Origin: Harriotta raleighana
Lineage: Eukaryota
DNA length: 64,000 nucleotides
NCBI GenBank assembly: GCA_050575255.1
Contig: JBNZDD010013656.1
Location: 1,981,485 to 2,045,484, forward strand
Reading direction: 5' to 3'
Each line of letters starts with the position of its first letter. Position 1 is the stretch's first letter. Positions 25,392 to 38,970 of this stretch are shown here, piece after piece. Made by a program: the position numbers and the translations under genes. The notes under the pieces are model-generated. The model was given only the letters and a program-made list of their open reading frames with translations, ran no database searches and was not told the origin of the DNA.

Positions 25392-28300
25392 GTGGGAGAA
25401 TAAATCTAACACCTTTGCAATGATTACATTTCGGATTTGCAGCCAGTATTATTTATTGGAAAATATTAAAACTTACCGAAAGTTTGTTCAGTCTCACTGA
25501 AGGGCCCCGGGGTTCAGAGTCTATTTGGGGTAAAGTCTGGAACGGGAACAAGAAACGATTAATTGCCACCGAGTGAAAGAAAATCGCCGGAGAACTGACA
25601 ATCTCGCGTAAATTCGCGGACCAGAATTATAAAGGGGCTTGGGACAGAAGCCGAACTCACATTTCTATTTTTTTTTAAGAAAAAGATAATATATTCTCTC
25701 TTGAATGATGTAAATCTTCCAAGATGTTTATTTAACATTGAACGAAATCTCCTAACCCAATGGCTCATTAAATGAAATTCCGTGAATCAAATAGCATTTT
25801 TGACATCTGTTTATTGTGCGCCACCATAAATAAGGTACTTTTTAATAGTGTTAGTTATTTATGCATCATCCCTGGTATTTGTGTACTGATTTTCGTTTGT
25901 TTTCACACACTATGCAATAGGACTGCAATACTTATGTGTGTTCAACAGCGTCACAATATACTAACAATCGGACATACATCAAAAGCTACAATATGAAACC
26001 GAAACTGCAAGCAAAATCCTAAATGTGTCTTCAAAAAATGTCTTCTGTCCATATCGAAATGAACAAAACCCCGTATATAAAATTCAGCAATGGAATAATA
26101 GTAAAAGTTGGAATAAAGGATGAAGCTTCAAATTCTAGCGAGAAAGTAGATCAACCTCAATAACATTAATGGCACACACGTGATATATATTTTGACAAAC
26201 TACAGTTTTCAAAGTAGTGAGTTTCTCCTAATACATTTCCTTGATATATGTGCTACAGACAAGGACTGGATAGAAGGCAGAAATTAACTTTTTTTTCATT
26301 TGCAATTTTTTTCCCCCTTCATGTTATCTCTTCTTCTTAATAGAATGGTTGCATTAAAATACTGATGCGACTATCAATAATTGCCAATGTGGTTAGTTGT
26401 GTACAAAAGAGAAGTATAGCATTCGTTAAGGCAGATTGCATTGGCACGGGTGTCCCAACACACGGAAAACATAAATCAAATCGCAACATCCTGACCTTTC
26501 CAGAGCAGGACCCACTCGTGGATGCAATCCTATATAACATTTGCACCGACAACATAACATAACGAGCTTTTCCTGCCTTTTTATTCATCGCGCATGTTTT
26601 CTATTTTTGTATTTTTTTAAAAAAAAAAGTAATGGCAGTTCGCTTCGGGTTGTATCACCTTTTAATTTATTTCGTTGAATTCTCGAGGCAATCAATATTC
26701 CAAAGCAATGATGGCCTTCCAGTAAATAATTCCCGATTCGGCCTGCCTTATGTCTTACATTAATCAAATGCTACGAGAGAGAGGTTGAACAAAGGGCAAT
26801 TTTTAGACAACAATGATTTAAAAATCAACACCTGAAGAACTGCCTTTAGTCTTTTTATATAAAATCACTTCACGTCACACATATTTTACAACCGTGCATT
26901 AAAAGATACGACTCCTTCAGATTTCAACATCTTTACACACAGTAACTAACCGCACAATAAGCTAGTTGCACAGATATCGCTGTATCACAAATTACAAACT
27001 AGCTGACTGAATTTCTAAAATGGACGAACAAATCTTTCAATGGCTCCATAATGAATAAATTGTCAGAGTGTATATGTGTGCATGGATGTTCCTGTGGTAC
27101 AGCCATCGTTATTATAACTGCGATTTGCATCCAGATATCTTCATTTTGGAATCCTGTGTGCTAAAAATACGATGTTTTGTTTGCACGGATTCGGATAGAA
27201 AGCGGCCATTGACCAGGCTTTCCACGGTGAATGGTTCGGTATTTAAGGAATAAAGACATGCACACGTTCCGTAAAACATTCCCCAAAAGAAGTGTTTTGG
27301 GGTGTACGATATGAAGAGAAAGTATTATTGGCAATTGATTATATGCTGAAGCTAGCACAGAAGAGGAAACTAAGCATGTTCTGGCACAATCTGACACCCC
27401 GTAAGCCTTTCCACTGACCTTTGCCTTGAACAGCAATAACTCACCGCATTAATGAACAATCAACGGAAGCATTTGAAATACCTCAAAATAAAATCCATTC
27501 CGCTAAAAGCAGCATATCTCCCCGCTCGCATATAATCCTTCATGTGAAATCCAGCGTCCAGAGTGCAATTTCTTCAGAAGAAAATAGCTGGCTCTTAACA
27601 GAAAGTGGAAAAGCGTAATCACTGCCGAAGCCAGCAATAGGTCTCCGATCCAAATGCCACAATAATGCGCTGTATTATGTGCTCACGTGGTCATACGTCA
27701 ACTTAAATCCTTTTATTTGAATTTGGGAAATAATTAAAGGAACATTTTTTTTTCCGGGCGAAACCTAACTTTTTTGTTCCCCCTCCTACAAAACCTCGGA
27801 AGTTTCTTAGGCACAGTTTAGTGATGAGGCAGGTCGTTCCTCCGCGATAATTTCTTTGCAGAAAATCCACCAGAAGGTAAGTTGTGTCGTCTTGTTTCTC
27901 TCCTGTCAAAGGACCTCTATCCGGAGCCTGTGGACTGAACTACTTGGCACAGATCAATAAGTGTTTGCAAAGCACTAAAACCAGAAGCAGGAGTTTAAAT
28001 CGACCTACACGAGGTGAAGCTTTTCGCATTTTCGAGCAACAAAAAACTGCCGGACAAGCAGGGCAGCCACAATGGTTAAGACTGTACGCGAATCTCCTTT
28101 AACTGAGCGTGCTTTAGAGCGCTATTGTACACAGCTTGCTAAACACCCACACGTTACACCGGGATAGTTATGGAAAGTAGAAAAGGCTTATCATTACCTG
28201 ACAATGGGCAAAGCCGTGTCACGCAAGGCTTTAGAGTAGGGTTTAGTGAGTATAATACGAGGTGAGGAGTGGACTTGACAGCGATTTGAGGGTTCTGATT

Positions 28301-31300
28301 TTTTTCTCTCTCTACTGGAATCGCAAAACGTGTCTATAGGGACTCTCATGCGAAATGTGTGCTTACGCGTTTCCTACCAATTGCATGATGCACAGAATTA
28401 TTGGTTTCTTGTGGGGAAACTTTGAGAGAGGTTAGACGCAAGATTGTACTTGTGATTTGGAGACGTTAGGACAACGTAGCCAGTGTGCATTAATTGAATT
28501 GAAGCGAGTCCCTGGATCATACTCCCAAGCAGAGGGGATTTTAACATTTATTTTGTGCAACACGTATTAATAAAAGTTTGGAAGAGGAACAACTCACAGA
28601 GATATAAGAAAGAAAATACATCCACAACTTCACATTTGTTCAACTAAAGTTTTGAAAGCATGTAATTCTGGAGAGCAATAATTGATATATTTCTCTATTC
28701 TGAACACACGAAGTTCTTCATTTAAATATAGTTTGAACATCCATTTGCAGGTATTATGAACTTAACATCGCACGTTTGTTTCTATTGTGTTCTTTTCCCT
28801 AAACTCCTCTTACTGACATTTACTATCTCAAACCAGTTAATCTTACTTTCTTGTTGGTCCATCATAAAAAAAAAGTCTAAAGATTCTTTATTGTGCTCTA
28901 TTTTACACAGTACACAAAGTTATTTTTTCGAAGAGGTCATGAAACAAATTATTCCGCCATGTAAGCAGTAATTTGCTCCAGAGTTAATCCTGGGATTATT
29001 TTCATGTTCCACATTGAAAGAACTGTAGATATTAAAACTTATTTAGAACCTACCCCTCTTCCCTTTCTGTTTCACAAAGAATTGCGGACGGAATGAGCTA
29101 AATTAACGATTTTACTGTAGCATCAAACCTCACTGTACAGAATTTAGGAGACTATTGATTGGTGTCTCATTGTGGAAGACAGAATAAAGATTTTCACGGA
29201 CTCCACGATCTTCCTCGGTGAACAAAATCCATGCCTTGCTCTTTCACTAAAGCCATAGTTTAACTTTCAACAAACAACGTAAAACGTTAATGAATAATTA
29301 ATGGAAGCTGTGAAGAGGACCTAAGTGAAGTTTTCACGCTAAAACTATTTGAAATATATAGTCACTTCCCATGATTAAGGCACATTTCTACAAATTGAGC
29401 AAACCTAAATAAACGTGGGATCCAGGGCGTTATACACACTATTGTAAGTCTAAAGTTAAAACATGCCTCTAGGACTTGCAGAGTTGGGCAAGTAGAGCTC
29501 TTCCGGGCAATAAATCACCATCACAATTCACAGATGCTTCTCAAGGCTAAAAGTCCTTTTAACTAGTCGTTGTGTTTTGGCAACGAAAGGTTAAATTTCT
29601 TCAGAATTTTGCGTGTTATAGCAAAGTTGTGAAAAATCCCAAATGCATCAATGAGAGCTCGGAACTACAACTCAACTTGTGCATTAGAAAAGAAGATTGC
29701 GAGGAATGGGGCTATCGGTTCTGAGATAACCAATGGCTTTCCTTTCCTTAGGTCAAGTTTTGCACCATTAATTACAATCTGGACTGGAATTCACCCTGAG
29801 TGCATAGAGACAGAGCTAAAAAGAAGTCTTACACCTTACCTGCCACTTCAGCCATATCCGAACCCAGTATCAAAGGATAGATAAAATTGTTGTCATATTA
29901 AGAAGCTAATTTAAAGGGCGTAAACTTTCAATGCACTGTAAAGTATCTGCAGTCTTCAGACTATTCGACTCCTTAAAATCTTTGGCTTTGTGTTTACTCG
30001 AGGCAGTTTTTCCTTGCAGGCTGGCAATGCCTTTTTGGAAATCAAGGAAGCCGAAAAATGAAGGCCAGTTCTTTCGAACTGACTCGCCGTCTTGCAAATG
30101 CTGCAAATGTTCTCCCTGGTAGGTTTCTGCAGAAGTCTGAGGCACTGATTTACTATGAGAACTATGTATTCAAGAGAAGGAGACAGTGAATGTCCAGCAA
30201 ACTCGCAGGGCCAAATCAAGGGGGAAAAAACCTTATGGAATCCGTTCACGTGACTTAAAATAATTGTTTGCAGAATCTGGATCAAATCCTGGTTATTAGC
30301 CACGAACAATAAAGTTTCTGTGGTAAGTCTCAGTGGATTCGTAAGGTAAGACTCAAGCCGTGGGGCAGAGTACATAGAATCTGAACAGTCGTCACTGCCT
30401 CTCGCTTTTATTTTACTTCTGCCTTGTTTTAAATATATTTATTTGGTTAAACCACATTCTGATATTAACATACACCAAGTATAAAATTATGGATAGAAAC
30501 TCGACTTACATTCAAACGATGTGAAACTATGTTAGTGCACACACGTAGTTCAATTAAATTCGTTTCCTTTGCCCATTTTGAATAAACAAACCCTTAAAAT
30601 GCTAACATTGGTCTCTGGAACTGATAGATAAACTGCAGGGACATAATTGGATAAAACATTAGGCGCTGATCTGACGGGAAGAGGGTGGACTGGTTGGAGC
30701 ACTGGAAATCGCTAGGCAAAGCAATGGCCGCGATTAAATAATTTTATTTCAACATAAACATTATAATCTTTAAGATAAAGATATCTGCAAGTATTTTTTT
30801 CTTTTAACAGAAAGCCCGTTAAATCTTTTTTGTTTTTATTTTAAGCGTGCCTCTGGTAGAAACAGATATTTCTACATGCGGGTGTAATTGACAAACCCAT
30901 CACAACAAAGCATTAAAGTAGAGTAATTTATTGCCCTGCCCATTCTAAGCAGTAAAACGACTCCAGTTATCAAACGGTACTTTAAATTAACCCAGAAAAT
31001 GTGAGTTTGCTTATCACGCTGAGACTCGCAAAGCCCATCACCTTCATTCATTCATTCCTACTTGCTACAGGCAAAATATTACCTCTAACGTATGCATTGT
31101 CCAACACATTGTTTATGGCGTCGTGGGCGGATTAAAGGTGCTTTGTGCCGTTTCATCTGATAATCCCATTTTCGTCTCTTAGTTGTTTCTTCGTCTTTAA
31201 CCTACTTGTGAAATATCCTTCCCCTCTTTTTTTCAATTAGATATTTTTCCCTATTTGTTGTAGATAAAAAAAGACCCTTGCTTTACACGCTATAACATAC

Positions 31301-32272
31301 ATCACACGCCGAGATTCTATTTCTACGGCATTTCCAATGACCCGGGTTAAAATGCTTCACAATATTTTAAAAGCTTATTGCGTGTAACGAATACGTAAAT
31401 CAGAGTGGACAGATCTAGGTTTATTTTAGATCAGATAACACGGAAATGGCTTGCATGCATCGTTTCTTATTTCTATTTTCGTCACTAATTTCACACAAAA
31501 AACAAAGAAATCCTGTTTAATTTTAACTCAAATTTCTCCCCAAAAAAGGAATTCAGACCTTTACAACATAAAGCGGTAGCCGAGGATCCGCGTGCTATCC
31601 ATTAATTCAAAATAGATTCACATCACTATCTTCACAGTAAAACCACACACTGAGATACAATCCCTTGAAATAATTCGCATTTTCTGTACACCAATCAGTG
31701 GAATATCAGACACGAAATGTTGGTATGCTTAAACCTGGCAATCTACAGAAATAACGTGGAAAATTTTTTTTTTTGATCTTGCAGGATTTCTGTCAATCTT
31801 TTAAGAGCGTGCAAATTTATACCGAGCTACGAGTCAAACGTATAACTCGATACAAGTGCAACTAAAGCGACCCTTCGTTTCCAAAAATAGTTAGTTATTA
31901 CAATCTTAATTAAAGCAAATCAAGCTGTATGTTTGTATCTCCAGTGGATTCTTGGAGGTTGCTGTGAACTCCAAACAAAGGAAGTACCCGAGGCTTTTGT
32001 TCCTTTAAATCACCACCGAATTGACACTCTGAAATGGCTCCATGACTACCTTTTACAACTGGGCAATACATTTTAGCATGGAGGGAATACGGTCTGCCTA
32101 GTGCATGTAACCTCTCATCCTATAACAGAGCTGCAAAAAGCAACTACATTTTCATTAGTGTTCCATGTTTCTGATGCACAGCAGCTCCAAACCACCTGTT
32201 ACATCATATAAAGGAAACATCTGAAATCAAGCATCCTCTTCCAATACTGCAAGCAAAATCGAAATATTTTAC

Positions 32273-32353
32273 CTCTCCAGCTCGGGCTCAAGCTCATTCC
32301 AATTCCCTGTCACACTATCCAGGAAGCAGTCTTGTTTCTGGACCCAGGGGCGC
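32273..32353 (-). other. Putative non-coding HoxA3 leader exon (81 nt)
   Basis: Acceptor ttttgtttctatctag| and donor GAG|GTAAAA. Confidence 0.6.
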
Positions 32354-33472
32354 CTAGATAGAAACAAAAATACATGGTTTGCCATGAAAACTGATACAAC
32401 AATAATCGATTGCTTAACCGTAACTATTGATTGTATTTGTCTTGTTTTATTCTAGGAGGTGGTTTCCATTGCAAGTATTTTGAGGAACGCCAGACCGGAA
32501 TCTGAAACCATTGTGGCAGCCCCTTATTCCATGGCCATCAACCTGTTTTGATTGATCATAGACAATACTACACACAATAAAACCTACTTGACTAGAGCGA
32601 TGAGACATTTAATTAAGTACTATGTGCTTTTACTAACGAGCTTTTATGGTAAATATTGCGAGCAGTATTTAATTATGAGCACAAACAATACACATTCTCT
32701 AGATATATACAACCATGAGGTAAGAACATCAAATGTATCTCTTGAATAAAACCACGATGAATGCATTGAACAAACGTATCTTTTTAGGAGAGTAAACTGG
32801 TTCCAAATGTATTCGGTGCCTCTACCAGCAACGTATTAAGTAGGTATTTAGACAATAAAGAGGGCCGGAAATTTCTCGAAAAACACAATAAAGACAAACG
32901 TTTCTGGGAACGTCTCTAGTCTTGTTTGCATTGTCCATTTCATTGTTACATTATTTTCATGCACAAGGGAAGGGGAGACATGGTCAGAATAAGTGTAGCA
33001 CTTTGCTCAAAATTACACCTGTTAGTGCATTTGTTGGGAGCACCATAACTCTGCCACTTATTGTAAATCGCTCAAATTAATGAATCATAGAGGAATTTAG
33101 CTTATGCCTCTTCATTTCCAAACGGTGTTGCCTATAGTTGCCTCTCAGTCCTGCGCATGTAAGAGATGGTGATTTATTAACGACAGGAAAATTGAACAAA
33201 GCAGCACAGCTACACCGTGGTATCCAGGCATACATACTGTGAACTCGAACATCATCATATGTGTTTGTATTTGTTGCAATTAATCATGAAAAAAATCTAA
33301 AATATTACTGACACGCGAGAGACTGACTAAACACCATCACAGACATGCCGTGATTTAGATCTGAATACTAAAGGGCGCTATTCATCACATTTATGACAGT
33401 CTTTAGAAATAAAAAAATTGTTAAAAAAAAACATAAACAGCATAAAGCGCGGATCACACAGGCACTACTCAC

Positions 33473-33650
33473 CACAATTCTTGCCTGACTTGTGTCTCTC
33501 CTCTTTCTAAGAACACCTGTCTTCCAATTATAGACTTATTTTTTAAGGAAAGTTCATTTTCACATCAGACTGAAACAGATCTAGTGCGAATACTGACGAC
33601 TACATATCTATTCCGGACCGACTGCATTAATTATTTAATGAGTCACGTGA
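33473..33650 (-). other. Putative non-coding HoxA3 leader exon (178 nt) overlapping a promoter-like element
   Basis: Acceptor ttttaatctccccag| and perfect donor GTG|GTGAGT; GTCACGTGAC E-box at the 5' edge, CACGCG and CCAAT upstream. Confidence 0.6.
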
Positions 33651-35058
33651 CTGGGGAGATTAAAATTTCAATACATACACAGAGAAGACGCGTGACCCCC
33701 TTAGCTTGGGAGAGTGGAGGGTTTTTTTTTCGCCTCTTCTTGCTCGAATCTTTATTGGTCTTACTTTCTTTTTAGTCTCTGGATGCTTCGCTGGTAAGTG
33801 ATGTTGCAAAAGTGACTGGCTGGCCAGTGCTCCTGATCCCATATTTGACAGGGCTGCCATGGATGTCACCTAGAGTTCCAGCTGCCTCAGCCCAATATTC
33901 TTGTGTATTTCTTCAAGCTTGTCTTTATTGTCTGTTTGACAGTTTTGATATTGAACCTCAATGTTACAGTAATTCCCATATATAACAAGTCACAAGTAAA
34001 GCTACTCTTTCATATATGGCTGCAAACCCGCAAGGTTGCTGAAACTGACACTAAATCGACTCTTTGCCATAGTCGATATTTTAGTACAATATACAAATAT
34101 TTAAACAGTTTTTCTATCTTGTCGTTTTGGTGGAGTCCACGATTAACATATTGCATAGACAAATTCTGTTAACAATAGCAAACAACACTGTATTGTACAG
34201 TCAACCGATTGGAACATATTGTCGATTAACTGAATAGTCAATGGGATTTGGGCTAGTTTTTTTTCATCAGTTTTACGAACTCTATCGAACTAGGGTTTTT
34301 AAAGCTTAGTGAAACGGTAGACCCACATTCGCTTTTCTGCATTTTAATCCACAAAATTAATCTGGAAATTAAAATAATATATTTGCTATGACCACTAATC
34401 TATGCACATAACATATGCATAGATTACTGACTTGTAAATTTATATGGTTTTACACACATAGATATATATAGTGTGTAACGAAACAGCATGTGTTGGATGC
34501 AAAGAATACATTTTATCCCTCTTTTCAAAAATCTTAACAATAGAGCCCCCCCTCCCCCTCCCCCCATCCCCCACCCCCCTCTCACCACCCCCCACCCCCC
34601 TCACACCACCACCAAAAAAAAGGTGAATTATCACAGAGTAACAAGTGAATCATTGGATCTGTTTTTTAAAAAATCGTAACGACCATTAACTTTACGAAGA
34701 GAAATGAACCCAAACATTTAGTGTTTCTTACCACATACAACAATATATTTAAATAGATTCCAGAGCCTGTGAATAAATTATCAGCGGGTGCTCCTTCCAC
34801 CAATACATGCTAAACCGTAAAATATATATAGTATTCGCCACATCTCTCTCTCTCTCTCTTTCTCTTTCGCTCTCTCTGCGGGGAATGCAGTGCGTTAAAA
34901 GAACATTTTTTTTGTACTTTTTTTTTTGTAAGGTAGTGTTTTCTTTCCCTAGCTAAAGGCCTAGGAAATGGAAGAAAGAAGATTGTCCATCTTTTTAAAG
35001 GTCAAGGGTTTGAGGGGTCAGTCTGCAACGCTAAAAACAGCTAATCGGTCAGAAAATT

Positions 35059-35075
35059 TGTCCTCTTGGTGAACT
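35059..35075 (-). promoter_or_regulatory. DR5 RARE 3' of HoxA4 (Hox3/Hox4 neural-enhancer type)
   Basis: Minus strand AGTTCA-CCAAG-AGGACA, matching the recalled PG4 3' RARE type. Confidence 0.85.
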
Positions 35076-37706
35076 CATCTGATTGCCCTCGCCGTTGACA
35101 AACAATGAAACTTCTTATTGCAAAAGGACGTTCAATTTACAAGAGAGAGAAAAAAACTTTCGAAAAATGCATCAGACGGAAACACACAAGGGGTAACGCA
35201 AACAGTTTGACTTCATTTGCTAGAGACTCGACCATTTTTTAAAACACAGAATAGGCGTTTATAAATACTGTAATTTACCTTTTGTCTTCCACAATATGCG
35301 CAGTAATGAACACAGTCCACCCAGAACCTGCAGAACTGTTCCAAGATAAACGCATGGTGTGAGACGAGATGGCCACATTTTATTCAGAAGAATCCAGTGT
35401 GTCCACACACACTTTTTCCAAAAGAACGCCCTTCAGACTTGCTGTTGAAGTATACAAAGAAGTATTTATTGAATGAGGTGATTAATGATTCTGGGTAAAA
35501 TCTGGTATTTTCAATCGGTTTAAAATGCCTTTTACAGATAAGCAAAGCACGGCTGCCTAGTGGAGATACATTTTATCATCGTCCTAACCTTTAAATGATT
35601 ATTTGCAATCGCGTTAAAGCAATTTTACAGAACATATATATAAAGTGGCTGATAACGATTAGACTCGATTCTTCTATGGCATTTGTAGAAAAACAAATCA
35701 TTCCTTGCATTTTCGGCGACTTTTGTCCTCCCCAAAAGATTGGAAAGTGGAACGTGAGTCTATTTCACTAACATTATTACACAACGATTTGATTGAAATG
35801 CATGTGAAAATTGTGGCAAGATTTCCGAGTGTTCACGTTTCTAAAATAGTATATGGAAGAAAACAAAATACACCCATTATATTGAATAAAAGGAGTGAGA
35901 TTTTCCCAGCACTGAAACAACTATTTGCTCTGTACATTGAACTATGTTTCTTCTTTTTCTTAACTGCATTATTTGGAGATGAAAGGGAAAGGTTTGAACG
36001 AATCTTGTTGTTTTGCGTTTTCAATCGCTAGATACGACATACAGACATATCGAAATCGATAAGATGGTTTAGTAGAAAAGGTATTGCTTTTTTAAAATAA
36101 ATCCTTCGAATTGTTTTCGGATCCCTACTATTTGTCGAGTTTTGTAGCTTATATATAATCCGTTCAAAGCAGAATTATCAAACCCAATATAGCCGGAAGA
36201 TATACGCTCAAATCATATATTTAGTCAATAGTTTTATTGGTTTAATTGCCGACTCCACATTTTAACCGCGTTAGTCAGTGTATTTGAATAGTCCTGGAAA
36301 AAAATCAATTACTGGCATACATTCGTAGTGTACTTCATCCGATAGATACATATATGACAATATATTTAAGATATTATATATATATGTGTATATTAGACAA
36401 TCTATATATGAGCAATAAAAGGCAAGATGATCCAAGTACTTGATTTTGTATATCTTTTTATTTGAAAGTCATTACTACTCTAAATGTTTGATTGTGTGAG
36501 AAAACACAACAAGATACAACGATTATCTACATAGGAAAGCAAGACAATTATACTGTATTCTAGGATTGCAAATAAAACATTCTGGGCTATAAAAGGCTGT
36601 GCTCTTCACCACATAGATCACTTATTATTTAATCGCTTCACATTTTACTGCATTATTTACGACTTGGTGACGTAGAAATTGATGTGGAAAGCTGCAAAAG
36701 ACGAATTGTGGATCCAGGCAGTAATTCATCCTCTTTCACCCATTTATTCTTCAGAATCACGCAAGATATGTTGCAGCCGAATTTTAGAGCTGCTTTTATT
36801 TTGAAAATAAAATATAAACAAAAATATAATGCATTGAAATGCATAATCACGTTTTGGAGTAGAAGACATCAATGTTTTTGTTAAATCCTGACACGAAGTA
36901 AATCGTACACATACGAACTGTGATATTCCTTGAATTAACATTTTATTTAAATTCACGGGCTTTCTTTTACACTGCAGCTCATGTCTTTTGCTTTTGCAAC
37001 ATTTGGCACTGCACATAATACACTGAAATATCCACAGAAATATACACAAACCTTACCAATGATTTGAATGGTTTCGTCACAGTTTGGACTGTACCAAGAT
37101 TGTTAAACATACAACTCGCCTGAAATCTCTCCTTGAACATTTTCTATACTGATTCCGGTACCATAACTCTATAGAGGATACATGTTTAAAATAATAATAA
37201 AAAAAACACCTTAAATAACGCTGGTGACATAATTTATTTCCTTATATGTAGCATTTGGACAGTTTCACTCGGTCTAACACCATTCCGATATCCACAAAAT
37301 CATATTGCTGTCTCCCTCGCTTACTAAAACAAATTTATTCTTACAGACCTTACAAAATATTCCAACAGACTACACGAGTTGAAATAATGACGCTTACAGT
37401 TCCTCACAATATCTATTATTCATTGTTTGTTGCTCATTTTGCTTTGGGTTTTGAGGAGGAGGAAAGCACATTGACAAAACCCAACAACGGTCACTGTGAG
37501 GTAATGGAGGATACAACATGTACCCAATCATACAGAAAGGCTCTGAGAGTCTGTGAAGAATGGGTTAACATAACAGAAATGTTTGTCTCTTTTGGAGTTA
37601 ACAACATGTACCCTGCACGAAATCGCTCCATATTCAAGTTTGTTATGTAGCAAACACATTTTGGTCCAAACTATGTTGTGAGAGAGGGGTTGGTGACTTG
37701 AATCAG

Positions 37707-38032
37707 CTATAGACTTGATGAATTTGGTGTTGAACCATCTGGCTGAGGGCCATGAGAGGATACTTGTGATTGCTGGCTGGTAGAAGATGATGAGCTCGCA
37801 GAACGCATCTTAGTGTTAGGTAGTTTGTGATCTTTCTTCCATTTCATCCTTCTGTTCTGAAACCAGATCTTCACCTGGCGTTCAGACAGGCAAAGAGTGT
37901 GTGCAATCTCAATGCGTCGACGCCTGGTTAGGTAACGGTTAAAATGGAACTCCTTCTCCAGCTCTAAGACTTGCTGTCTGGTGTAAGCAGTTCGAGACCG
38001 TTTGGGCTCCCCTCCAGTGTAATTTGGGTTCA
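37707..38032 (-). CDS. HOXA4: HoxA4 exon 2 (homeodomain)
   Basis: [70 protein letters not shown]; acceptor ttgttcag|TG; spliced CDS 744 nt = 247 aa. Confidence 0.97.
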
Positions 38033-38239
38033 CTGAACAAAAAAAAGTAACCAAGCATAAGTACAGATACAGACACGAATCTGACAATGGGATTAGATGC
38101 ACGTGAATGAAGGTTATAAAAGACAAGACTTTTTCTTTCAAGGGTTACTGACAACGGAGAACAATCTACTGCAATAAAATGGCCCTGGGTTTTAAGGTTA
38201 GAAAAGCATCAAAGACACATGGCCAGGAGCAAGATCCAG

Positions 38240-38302
38240 GGCAATAAAATTTATGGGCGCTGTAATTACCGACCTAACAGTTAGGTGATCGTAAATCTCA
38301 CG
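38240..38302. promoter_or_regulatory. HB1-type homeodomain-binding element in the Hox4 intron
   Basis: CAATAAAATTTATGG..GTAATTAC..TCGTAAA cluster of Cdx/Hox sites at the known position. Confidence 0.75.
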
Positions 38303-38384
38303 AAAGGGCTAGTTACAGAAAAGGGTTCCGCACATCCGATTTCAAGTGATTTTGAATTGCTCCAGTCGGCTTTTAGTTACTTAC

Positions 38385-38802
38385 CGGTGGTAACGTGAAT
38401 TTTCTTCATCCACGGGTAAACTATAGGCTCTTTGCTGGGAGTACCTTTCTGGATAGTGGGGATTTTCGCGTTCTGGCTACACAAAGCTGGCGTGGCTACT
38501 GGGACCACTTCACAAAGCTGATTCTGTCTCGGTGTGTGATTTTGGAGGCTAGCCTGCGACTGCACATGACCTCTTTGCGACATGTCTCGGTTGCCGGTGC
38601 CCTGGACATTGTTGAAGCTGTAGGTCGACTCTGGGTAGTTTGATTGTGGGTACAGTGCCTCATGATGGAATCCAGTGTCCCGCGGCCGCTCGTAATAGTC
38701 TGGAGACTGGCTTGGTATGTAGTTATTTTGAGAATATTCCTCACAAGGTGGAAATTTTGGCTCAACGTAGTTGGAGTTTATCAAAAACGAACTCATGGTC
38801 AT
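38385..38802 (-). CDS. HOXA4: HoxA4 exon 1
   Basis: MTMSSFLINSNYVEPKFPPCEEYSQ N-terminus, VYPWMKKIHV hexapeptide; donor ACCG|GTAAGT, phase 1. Confidence 0.97.
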
Positions 38803-38809
38803 TAATTTC

Positions 38810-38970
38810 TGAAGTGCAAAATACTAATTTTTCTCGCGTTGTCGTTTTTCTGTTCCATAAGAACCCTCCTACTTGCTGTCAAGTGTACAAAGTTAGTTGT
38901 TCATGTGATGCAGTCAGCCAATGGGGTGACTGCCTGTGGGCCCCGGATAAGGAAATACACCAATGATGAA
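38810..38970 (-). promoter_or_regulatory. HoxA4 5'UTR / proximal promoter
   Basis: Two CCAAT boxes, CATGTG E-box and TGACAG directly upstream of the ATG. Confidence 0.65.

Noticed and set aside
29906-30375. 139-aa ATG ORF and overlapping ORFs between A3 and A4
   Set aside because: No recognisable domain or coding-like composition; length is compatible with chance
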